This document shows positions 16,956 to 26,676 of a DNA stretch of 32,000 bases, piece by piece. The stretch covers positions 90,001 through 122,000 of the forward strand of contig JBAZYK010000002.1 of the NCBI GenBank assembly GCA_041659405.1, given 5' to 3'. The position numbers were made by a program, and so were the translations under genes. The first letter of the stretch is position 1. Each line of letters starts with the position of its first letter. This DNA is from Candidatus Altimarinota bacterium (GTDB lineage: Bacteria; Patescibacteriota; Gracilibacteria; UBA1369). A model generated the notes under the pieces. It worked only from the letters and a program-made list of their open reading frames with translations. It had not been told where the DNA came from and did no database searches.

Positions 16956-17162
16956 TTAGTAATATTTCATCTTTTCACGTTGAGAACGATAATGGTCTCT
17001 CATAATGGCTGCCTGTCTTAAATAACTGCGATTTGGCTTCTTTTTGAAATAACGGCGTTCTTTCGCCACCAAAATCACACGGCTTGCCTGAACTTTCTTG
17101 TTAAAGCGAGAAATGAGACGATCTACAGATTCTTTCGGGTTGCGTCTAATGGATAAAGCCAT
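16956..17162 (-). CDS. rpsU: 30S ribosomal protein bS21
   Basis: A 68-aa basic protein. ESVDRLISRFNKKV...RRYFKKKPNR...REKMKYY matches the bS21 pattern. A strong SD (GGAGGTG, rc of 17170-17176) lies 7 nt upstream. Confidence 0.9.
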   Translation of the reverse strand: MALSIRRNPKESVDRLISRFNKKVQASRVILVAKERRYFKKKPNRSYLRQAAIMRDHYRSQREKMKYY

Positions 17163-17219
17163 AATTTATCACCTCCTTCCAAAGGATTAAATTGAAATAA
17201 ATGCCTAGAAAGCTCATCT

Positions 17220-17247
17220 ATTATAGAAAAACTGCCTGGATTGTCAA
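17220..17247 (-). promoter_or_regulatory. consensus sigma70 promoter for rpsU
   Basis: The minus strand reads TTGACA, a 16-nt spacer, then TATAAT. Both hexamers are perfect consensus. The element lies immediately after the chorismate mutase stop codon. Confidence 0.7.
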
Positions 17248-17250
17248 CTG

Positions 17251-17523
17251 TCACTTTTGCATTTTTCGCGATTCCTCAATGATTAAAGTGAAAACAGCCT
17301 GAGCAAGTTTAGGGTCGATAGCCACTTTCTTACTGATTTTCTGGTGAAGGGTAGCCAATTCAATCTCACGCTCAGAATCAAAAATCTCTTTATTTAAGCC
17401 CTTTTTTAAAGCACCAACCTTCTTTACAATCGCAAAACGTTGAGCAATTTTCTGAAGAATTTCTTGATCGATATCATTAATTTGCTGCCGCAATTCACCC
17501 AATGAAGAATTTAAGTTTTTCAT
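17251..17523 (-). CDS. chorismate mutase (monofunctional AroQ class, 90 aa)
   Basis: LGELRQQIDDIDxxIL-type helix 1 (LRQQINDIDQEILQKIAQRF). Its size and all-helical pattern are typical of AroQ CM. It is the last gene of the aro operon. Confidence 0.8.
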   Translation of the reverse strand: MKNLNSSLGELRQQINDIDQEILQKIAQRFAIVKKVGALKKGLNKEIFDSEREIELATLHQKISKKVAIDPKLAQAVFTLIIEESRKMQK

Positions 17524-17543
17524 ACCAAAAAGAGATAATATAT

Positions 17544-18110
17544 TTATTTTTTAACAATAATAAAAGTCGTTAAATTAGGATGATTATCCTGAATACCTTT
17601 ATCCAAAAGTTCCAAACCATAAATTTCCGCAGTTCTGGCAGAGGCAATAACGGCAGTATCCGGACTCAAAACACCATTGGCCAAGTCACGGGCCGCCCCG
17701 GCAGTATCGCTCCAATCAATAAGTTGGGCCTGCGGAAAATTTTTGCGAATATATCTTTCGCACTGAGAAATACCCTGTGGATGACTCGCAATCTTTTTAA
17801 TTTCAGTTTTTTTTGCACCAGGTTTTACCAATAAACATTGATAAACCTCAAGCCAAAGCTCCTCAATAAACTCGAACAAATGCTTACCCATAGCCTCAAA
17901 AGCCGTTTGCACCAATCCCCCACGTGAATTCACAACCGGAAAAATACCAAGTTCAATTTCGCCTTTATCCAAACTGGTCAAAACTCTTTCCATATCGGTA
18001 AGATAAAAAATCTCAGATTCAAAACCGGTACGATGAGCATAGGCAAGACCCGCCTCTTCGGAAAAAGATCCTGCGTCACCCGATACACCAATTTTTATTT
18101 TCTTTTTCAT
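17544..18110 (-). CDS. pheA: prephenate dehydratase, catalytic PDT domain only (no ACT domain)
   Basis: IGVSGDAGSFSEEA (compare GxxGTFSxxA), IFPVVNSRGG (compare PxENSxxG), and IASHPQGISQC (compare SHPQALxQC). The 188-aa protein ends where an ACT domain would begin. Confidence 0.82.
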   Translation of the reverse strand: MKKKIKIGVSGDAGSFSEEAGLAYAHRTGFESEIFYLTDMERVLTSLDKGEIELGIFPVVNSRGGLVQTAFEAMGKHLFEFIEELWLEVYQCLLVKPGAKKTEIKKIASHPQGISQCERYIRKNFPQAQLIDWSDTAGAARDLANGVLSPDTAVIASARTAEIYGLELLDKGIQDNHPNLTTFIIVKK

Positions 18111-19174
18111 AATTGATTCGTTCTTGAAAGTAAATAATGATCAACCAAAGTTAAAGCCATCATAGCCTCGGCAATTGGAACGGCACGAATACAAACACAA
18201 GGATCATGCCTACCTAAAACCTGAATTTCAGCTTTATTGCCACGCTTATCAATCGTCTTTTGATTTTTTGCAATGCTGGAAGCAGGTTTTAAAGCCATTC
18301 GTACCACAATATCTTCACCATCGGAAATCCCTCCAATAATTCCACCGGCACGATTTGTCTGTGTTCCAACCTTTCCTGATTTAGTGATCCAGGCATCATT
18401 ATTTTCCGATCCTCTTTTCCCTGCAACTTCAAAACCATTTCCGATTTCAAAACCTTTAACTGCGGGAATACTCATCAAAGCCGCAGCCAAATCAGCTGAA
18501 AGTTTATTAAAAACCGGCTCACCCAAGCCAGCCGGAACCCCGCGAGCAACAACCTCAACTACACCACCAACTGAATCTAAATCTTTACGGGCATTTTCAA
18601 TTTCATTGGTCATAGTCTTCAAAACAGCCTTATCAGGACAACACAAAACATTTTGATCAATAAAAGATTCATCAATTTTAGTTACTTTCACTTTTCCAAT
18701 CTGGATTACATAACCAACTATCTTTACACCGATTGAAGCCAAGATTTTTCGGGCTACCGCACCTGCAGCAACACGCGCAATCGTTTCACGCGCAGAAGCA
18801 CGACCACCACCTCGAAAATCACGAATTCCATATTTTGCATCATAGGTATAATCAGCATGACCCGGCCTATAAAGATCTTTAATTGGCTCATAAATCTTTG
18901 AGATTTGATCTTCGTTACGAACAACTAAAGCAATTGGAGTACCCAAAGTTTTCCCCTCAAAAACACCGGATAAAATCTCGACCTTATCTTTTTCCTGACG
19001 GGTAGTCGTTAAATGAGATGTCCCCGGACGACGTTTATCAAGCTCGATTTGAATATCCTCTATTGAAAGTTCAAGCCCAGCCGGACAACCATCAATAACT
19101 ACTCCCATAGCCGGCCCATGAGATTCACCAAAAGTTGTGATACAAAAGAGATGTCCAAAAGAATTTCCTGCCAT
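18107..19174 (-). CDS. aroC: chorismate synthase
   Basis: FGESHGPAMGVVIDGCPAG, RRPG, GRHDPCV. 355 aa. ATGA overlap with pheA. Confidence 0.95.
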   Translation of the reverse strand: MAGNSFGHLFCITTFGESHGPAMGVVIDGCPAGLELSIEDIQIELDKRRPGTSHLTTTRQEKDKVEILSGVFEGKTLGTPIALVVRNEDQISKIYEPIKDLYRPGHADYTYDAKYGIRDFRGGGRASARETIARVAAGAVARKILASIGVKIVGYVIQIGKVKVTKIDESFIDQNVLCCPDKAVLKTMTNEIENARKDLDSVGGVVEVVARGVPAGLGEPVFNKLSADLAAALMSIPAVKGFEIGNGFEVAGKRGSENNDAWITKSGKVGTQTNRAGGIIGGISDGEDIVVRMALKPASSIAKNQKTIDKRGNKAEIQVLGRHDPCVCIRAVPIAEAMMALTLVDHYLLSRTNQL

Positions 19175-19184
19175 AGTTTATCAA

Positions 19185-20312
19185 TTAAGTTATGAAAAAT
19201 TCCAAAGCTTTTTTTACGATTTTCAAATCAACAAGATGACCAAACTGCCCATCTTTTTTGTAAACCTCCCCTATTTTCTTCAACAAAACGAATTTAACCT
19301 TACCAGCCCGATTCTTTTTATCCATGGTTATAAGCCTTAAAACCTCTGCAACTTTATATCCTTTAAACATTTCCTTTTGAATACCCAAATCACTCAAAAG
19401 TTTTTCAATTCGATTGAAATCAACCTCGGACAAAATACCCAAAAGTTGTGAAATTTTACCCTCTACCAAAATTCCCAAACCAACCGCAAAACCATGAAGC
19501 AATTTATAATCACTTAAATATTCCAAGGCATGACCAATCGTATGACCAAAATTAACGACCATACGTTCATTAGCTTCATGCTCATCCCTTTCAACAACAC
19601 CAATTTTTAATTCAATCGACCTGGCTACAACTGGCTGCAAATACTTCACATCTCCCTTCATCAATTTCTTTAAATTACTTTCAAAATACTTAAAACTATC
19701 CAAATCATAGGTTGAAAAAATCTTCAAAGACTCAACCAAACCATTCACCAGCTGAACACGCGGCAATTTTTTTAAAAAATCCGAATCAGCAATTACAGCC
19801 GTAGGATGCCAAAAAGCACCAATCAAATTTTTACCAAATGGAGTATCTATCCCCACCTTGCCACCGATCGAACTATCCACCATTCCCAAAAAAGTGGTTG
19901 GAATCTGCACATAAGGAATTCCACGCATATAAGTTGCAGCAACAAACCCAGCCATATCGCCAACAACTCCCCCGCCAAAAGCCAAAATCATTGTATCTCG
20001 TCCACATTTTTTCTTAAGCAAAGCATGATCTAAACTCATTTTAACCTGCTCGTTTTTAAAAGCTTCACCAGCCGGAAATGTGATCAAATCAACCTGAAAA
20101 CCCTTTTTCAGCATTTTTCTCTGCAGATCTTTTCCGTAAAGTTTTTCAACAGTTTTATCCGTAATGATTACATAACGATGAACCTGCGGCAGCTTCTTCA
20201 GATACTTATCCAAATTTTCGATTAGACCGGATCCAACCCACAAAGAATATTTAGGAGAAGTCGCTCCACTGCGGCTTAAATCAAGTTTTAATTCAATGGT
20301 TTTCATAGGCAT
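19185..20312 (-). CDS. aroB: 3-dehydroquinate synthase
   Basis: GGGVVGDMAGFVAATYMRGIPYVQIPTT, SSIGGKVGID and NFGHTIGHALE are the metal and NAD motifs. Confidence 0.93.
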   Translation of the reverse strand: MPMKTIELKLDLSRSGATSPKYSLWVGSGLIENLDKYLKKLPQVHRYVIITDKTVEKLYGKDLQRKMLKKGFQVDLITFPAGEAFKNEQVKMSLDHALLKKKCGRDTMILAFGGGVVGDMAGFVAATYMRGIPYVQIPTTFLGMVDSSIGGKVGIDTPFGKNLIGAFWHPTAVIADSDFLKKLPRVQLVNGLVESLKIFSTYDLDSFKYFESNLKKLMKGDVKYLQPVVARSIELKIGVVERDEHEANERMVVNFGHTIGHALEYLSDYKLLHGFAVGLGILVEGKISQLLGILSEVDFNRIEKLLSDLGIQKEMFKGYKVAEVLRLITMDKKNRAGKVKFVLLKKIGEVYKKDGQFGHLVDLKIVKKALEFFIT

Positions 20313-20333
20313 TTAAAATAAATCTTCAAAATT

Positions 20334-21380
20334 TTAAAGTGATTTCCACTGTTCGGCAATCTCTTCCAACAATTTTTCAGTTTGATCAAAACTAAGGCAA
20401 GGATCAGTAATGGAAAGCCCACTAAGATCAACGCTTTCAGCCGTTACGCTTTCCAGTTTTTGAGCACCAGACTTCAAAAAGCTTTCAAACATAAACCCTT
20501 TCATCAATTTTCTAAGATCCGGATAAAGCTTTAAAGCAGCCAGAACTTCGTGCGCCACATTAATCTGCTGAATCGGATCCTTCACCCCATCAATTTTACA
20601 ATTATCATGGCTGGCATCAATCACCACTGCAGGATTTAAAACCTGATGTTTCTCCAAAAACTTTTTGGCTTTATACAGATCCTCCACATGGTAATTGGGA
20701 CGATCAAGTCCTCCTCTTAAAACCAAATGCGCATACGGATTTCCATGAGTTTCCACCTGATAACCATTAAATACAGCCGTGTGTCCATGCTGAGCCGCCA
20801 AAATACTATTTACCCCAAGCTCAATCTGCCCACTTGTTGGATTTTTCATCCCGACAGGACATTCAATCGCTGAAGCAAAAATACGGTGTTCCTGGTCTTC
20901 GGTACTACGAGCTCCAATCGCCACCCAACTTAAAAGCTCAATAAAACCTTTAGCATTATGGGTAAACAAAGCTTCATCCGAAATTGGCAACCCCATTTCA
21001 ATTATTTGAACCATCAAACTACGGGCATAACGAATACCTTCTTCAATATCCGGAGGTGAAAACGGATCAGGTTGATTAACCGGACCGGTCCATCCCTTTG
21101 TTGTTCGCGGTTTTTGAATATACACACGCATCACAATTTTCAGCTCTTTACGGAACTTTTCTTCTAACTTACATAATTTTTTCGCATAATCTAAAACCGC
21201 TTGATGAGGCCAAGCTGAACATGGTCCAACCACTATCAACAAACGATTATCCTTGCCGGCCAGAATATCCTTCACTTCCTGCTTATGACGAGCCACACTT
21301 TCATATCCGGCATCAGAAAGCGGAAAAGCTTGAATAATTCCTTCCGTACTTGGCAATTTTTTAATAACTGTGTAATTCAT
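20334..21380 (-). CDS. aroG: 3-deoxy-7-phosphoheptulonate (DAHP) synthase, type I-alpha (AroG/F/H-like)
   Basis: VVGPCS, KPRTTKGWTG, IGARSTEDQEHR and SHDNC. 348 aa. The feedback specificity, and so the exact paralogue name, is unknown. Confidence 0.9.
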   Translation of the reverse strand: MNYTVIKKLPSTEGIIQAFPLSDAGYESVARHKQEVKDILAGKDNRLLIVVGPCSAWPHQAVLDYAKKLCKLEEKFRKELKIVMRVYIQKPRTTKGWTGPVNQPDPFSPPDIEEGIRYARSLMVQIIEMGLPISDEALFTHNAKGFIELLSWVAIGARSTEDQEHRIFASAIECPVGMKNPTSGQIELGVNSILAAQHGHTAVFNGYQVETHGNPYAHLVLRGGLDRPNYHVEDLYKAKKFLEKHQVLNPAVVIDASHDNCKIDGVKDPIQQINVAHEVLAALKLYPDLRKLMKGFMFESFLKSGAQKLESVTAESVDLSGLSITDPCLSFDQTEKLLEEIAEQWKSL

Positions 21381-22207
21381 TTAGAATCTGATAATAAAGA
21401 AATAAGTTCATTTTCAGAGATAAGTCCGGAAAGATCTTTGCCTGACCAAAGACGAATTTGCTCTAAAGCCTGAGCAATAAACATTGCAATACCCGAAATG
21501 GTTTTAACACCTTTACTCTCTGCATCAAGCAATAGTTTAGTTTTCATTGGCCGATAAACCAGATCAAATACTACCTGATGGGCAGCCAACAAACTCAAAT
21601 TCAATGACGATTCATTTACATTCGGGAACATACCAACTGGCGTTGCATTGATAATAACATCCACATCCTTAGCCGTAAGTTCATCAAGCGAAACTATTTC
21701 CGCCTGTTTAGAATTTGAACCAAAAACATTATCAATTAAAACCTGCGCTTTTTTAGAATCCCTATTCCAAACCAACAAACGACCACCAGCAGTTTTAATC
21801 ACATGAGCAACGGGTAAAGCCGCCCCACCAGCACCCAAAAGCAAAACTTTTTTGTCCTTTAAATTAACGCCCTTCAACGCAGCCCGAATACCAACTATAT
21901 CAGTATTATAACCATTAAGTTTCCCGTTTTTCAGAATTACAGTATTGACCGCGCCAATCATTTTCGCCTCTTCATCCACAAAATCCAGATAAGCAAGAAT
22001 ATCCTGTTTAAAAGGCATGGTAACCGCAGTAAGTTCAACCGAAAGAAAGCGAATCGCCTCAACAAGCTTAGCTAAATTTTCCTTTTCCAAAGGCAACAAA
22101 ACAGCGTTCAACCCCGCCGCTTTATACAAAGCATTATGCAATTTTGGGCTTAACGTATGCTCCAAAGGGTATCCAATCACCGCATTTAAAATCGTATTTT
22201 TAATCAT
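21377..22207 (-). CDS. aroE: shikimate dehydrogenase
   Basis: HTLSPKLHN, NVTMPFK-like VTMPFKQ, GYNTD and GAGGAA. ATGA overlap with aroG. Confidence 0.92.
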   Translation of the reverse strand: MIKNTILNAVIGYPLEHTLSPKLHNALYKAAGLNAVLLPLEKENLAKLVEAIRFLSVELTAVTMPFKQDILAYLDFVDEEAKMIGAVNTVILKNGKLNGYNTDIVGIRAALKGVNLKDKKVLLLGAGGAALPVAHVIKTAGGRLLVWNRDSKKAQVLIDNVFGSNSKQAEIVSLDELTAKDVDVIINATPVGMFPNVNESSLNLSLLAAHQVVFDLVYRPMKTKLLLDAESKGVKTISGIAMFIAQALEQIRLWSGKDLSGLISENELISLLSDSK

Positions 22208-22214
22208 ATTAATT

Positions 22215-22652
22215 TTATGCTTGATAATGTTTTTTCAAATAATCTAAAGCTTCAAAATATCCTAATTCCTGTTTCCCGCTAATAACAGCCACGCAAGCCG
22301 CAGCAGTAACCGATATTTTTCTCCACGGTTCACGATTTTGCACCTTTGAAAGATGCACCTCCACGCAAGGAATATGTGCATCCAGCAAAGCATCGTGCAG
22401 AGCATAACTATAATGAGTCAGAGCGCCGGGATTAATAATCAGTCCCAACGATTTTGACGAATTCTTCTGGATCCAGTCAATTAAATCACCTTCATGATTC
22501 GATTGAAATTTTTTAATCTCAAATCCCAAACGGACAGCATACTCCGAAACCTTTTTTTCCAGTTGCGCTAAGGTTAAATGCCCATAATGATGATGATCAC
22601 GTTTACCCAAAAGATTTAGATTTGGCCCATGAATAAGTAGAATTTTTTTCAT
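22215..22652 (-). CDS. aroQ: type II 3-dehydroquinate dehydratase
   Basis: LIHGPNLNLLGKR, QSNHEG, NPGALTHYS and EVHLS. 145 aa. Confidence 0.94.
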   Translation of the reverse strand: MKKILLIHGPNLNLLGKRDHHHYGHLTLAQLEKKVSEYAVRLGFEIKKFQSNHEGDLIDWIQKNSSKSLGLIINPGALTHYSYALHDALLDAHIPCVEVHLSKVQNREPWRKISVTAAACVAVISGKQELGYFEALDYLKKHYQA

Positions 22653-22673
22653 TTATATAATCTCTATTAATAA

Positions 22674-23237
22674 TTAATTTGATTTTTTCTTAGAAGACGC
22701 TAAAGCCAGATTGATTTTCTCAACAGCCTCTTCAATAGATCCAGTATTACACACTTTAATATCCGAAATCTGCTCAAAAACCGGTTCACGTTCACTCCAG
22801 AGTTCCTGGAAAGTATCAAAAGACTGCTTCTGCTGAGGAAAAAACGCCGGTTTACCATTAATCATGATTCTCTCAAAAACAATACTTTTAGGAGCAGAAA
22901 CATGAACAATCAAATGATTTTTTAACAACTCCCGATTTTCAGCAAGCAAAGGAGTTCCTCCCCCCAAAGCCAAAACAAAAGGCTCTGACTGATCCAAAAC
23001 TTTTTTAAGCACCTGATGTTCAATCTTTCTAAAAAAGTCCTCGCCTTTCGATTTCATCAATTCGCGACAACTCAGCTTTTCCCCTGTAGCAAGCCAATGT
23101 TCAGCAATAATCTGATCATCAAGATCAACAAATTTGCGATCCAGACGAGAAGACAAAGCCAAACCAATTGATGATTTACCAACGTTTTTGAACCCAACCA
23201 GAATAATATGTGTAGAAATAATTTGTAAGTTAGACAT
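22674..23237 (-). CDS. aroK: shikimate kinase
   Basis: Walker A LVGFKNVGKSSIG, FVDLDDQI and GGGTPL. 187 aa. Confidence 0.88.
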   Translation of the reverse strand: MSNLQIISTHIILVGFKNVGKSSIGLALSSRLDRKFVDLDDQIIAEHWLATGEKLSCRELMKSKGEDFFRKIEHQVLKKVLDQSEPFVLALGGGTPLLAENRELLKNHLIVHVSAPKSIVFERIMINGKPAFFPQQKQSFDTFQELWSEREPVFEQISDIKVCNTGSIEEAVEKINLALASSKKKSN

Positions 23238-23249
23238 TTGCAGTTTGTA

Positions 23250-24587
23250 TTATGAAGTAAGTTCCATCTTTGCTCCAATAGAATTCATCAAAGAAACATA
23301 AGTAGGAAAGGTTTTGTTGATACCTTCTGCGGTATCGATGTGACTTTCACCTTCTGCCAGCATACCAGCCAAGGCTAAAGCCATAATTGTTCTATGGTCA
23401 AAGTATCCGTGCGCCTGGGCACGGTAGAGCTTACTTTTATAAACAACCAAGGAATCCTTTGTCTCGTCAATTTCCGCACCCATTTTTTTGAGTCCTTCCG
23501 CCATAGCATGAATTCGATCAGTTTCTTTAATACGAGCCTGGGCCACATTAAAAATTTCAGTTTTTCCTTCAGCTTGAGTCCCAAGCACAGCCAAAGTTGG
23601 CAATAAATCAGGAATATCATTGGCGTCGATTTTAAGGCCTATTAAAGGCTTTCCCCCCTTAAGCACGATCTGATTTTCACCATCATTCTTTAAAATCGTC
23701 AGGTCCGCCCCCATTTCGCGCAAAATATTAATCATTCGCTTATCCCCTTGCGGATCATTCATATCTAAACCATGAACCACAACTTCACCGGGAAAAAGGC
23801 ACCCGGCAGCCAAAAAGTATGAAGCGGAAGAGAAATCTCCGGCAATGACCTTTTCAAAAGGCTTAAAGGTTTGACCGCCCTTTATTTTAAAAATATCTAT
23901 GATTTTGCCGCCATCAGCTTGATTTTGCTCATGTTTAAACTGAATATTCTGTTCCCGCAACCACCGCAAAGTCATTTCCACATATGGTCTTTCATGAAGA
24001 TCCTCTACCAAAATCTCTGAATTCTCCTGAGCGCACGGACATGCCAAGAGCAAAGCCGAAAGATATTGCGAAGTCATTCCATCAACACAGATATGCCCAC
24101 CTTTTAACTTTCCACTAACTTCCAACGGCAAACAACTTTTTTGATCATGAACAAATTTTATATTCATGCCGAGATCCTCTAGAGCATGAGCTAAAGATGC
24201 AATTGGACGAGCTCGCATTTGCTCATCGCAATCAATCAAAATAGGCTCATCAAAATTTCGCCTTAAACCCAGTATTGGCAAAACAAACCGCGTGGTAATC
24301 CCTGAATTTCCTGTAAATATCTTACCTGTCGACACTTTAGACGACACTCCGCCTGATACTTTTAAACAAAAATCATGACACCCAGATTCAATTTTACTTA
24401 TTTCAGCTCCCAAACTTTTACAAACCTCAATCGCCACATTAATATCATCAGCATCTAAAACATTATGCAAAACCGACTCCCCTGTTGCCAAAGTCGCAAT
24501 CAATAACGCCCGAATACATTGCGATTTTGAGCTTGGAATCGTAATTTTTCCATTTAAACTGGTTGTTTTAGTTACTTTAAGAATCAT
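23250..24587 (-). CDS. aroA: 3-phosphoshikimate 1-carboxyvinyltransferase (EPSP synthase)
   Basis: PSSKSQCIRALLIATLA, RARPI, KETDRI and DHRTIMALALAG. 445 aa. It is the first gene of the aro operon. Confidence 0.94.
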   Translation of the reverse strand: MILKVTKTTSLNGKITIPSSKSQCIRALLIATLATGESVLHNVLDADDINVAIEVCKSLGAEISKIESGCHDFCLKVSGGVSSKVSTGKIFTGNSGITTRFVLPILGLRRNFDEPILIDCDEQMRARPIASLAHALEDLGMNIKFVHDQKSCLPLEVSGKLKGGHICVDGMTSQYLSALLLACPCAQENSEILVEDLHERPYVEMTLRWLREQNIQFKHEQNQADGGKIIDIFKIKGGQTFKPFEKVIAGDFSSASYFLAAGCLFPGEVVVHGLDMNDPQGDKRMINILREMGADLTILKNDGENQIVLKGGKPLIGLKIDANDIPDLLPTLAVLGTQAEGKTEIFNVAQARIKETDRIHAMAEGLKKMGAEIDETKDSLVVYKSKLYRAQAHGYFDHRTIMALALAGMLAEGESHIDTAEGINKTFPTYVSLMNSIGAKMELTS

Positions 24588-24633
24588 GGGTTGATAACAA
24601 AGATGAATTTAATTTACATGCAGGCTACAGGCC

Positions 24634-24661
24634 AAAAAAAAGAGCCCCATTCGAGGCTCTT
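24634..24661 (-). terminator. rho-independent terminator after gyrB
   Basis: The minus strand reads AAGAGCC-tcgaatgg-GGCTCTT followed by a T-run (8 T including the two stem T). It starts 15 nt after the gyrB stop. Confidence 0.75.
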
Positions 24662-24675
24662 GTTGATTTAGAAAA

Positions 24676-26659
<1,984 letters not shown>

Positions 26660-26676
26660 GTCTAGATAAAAAACAC

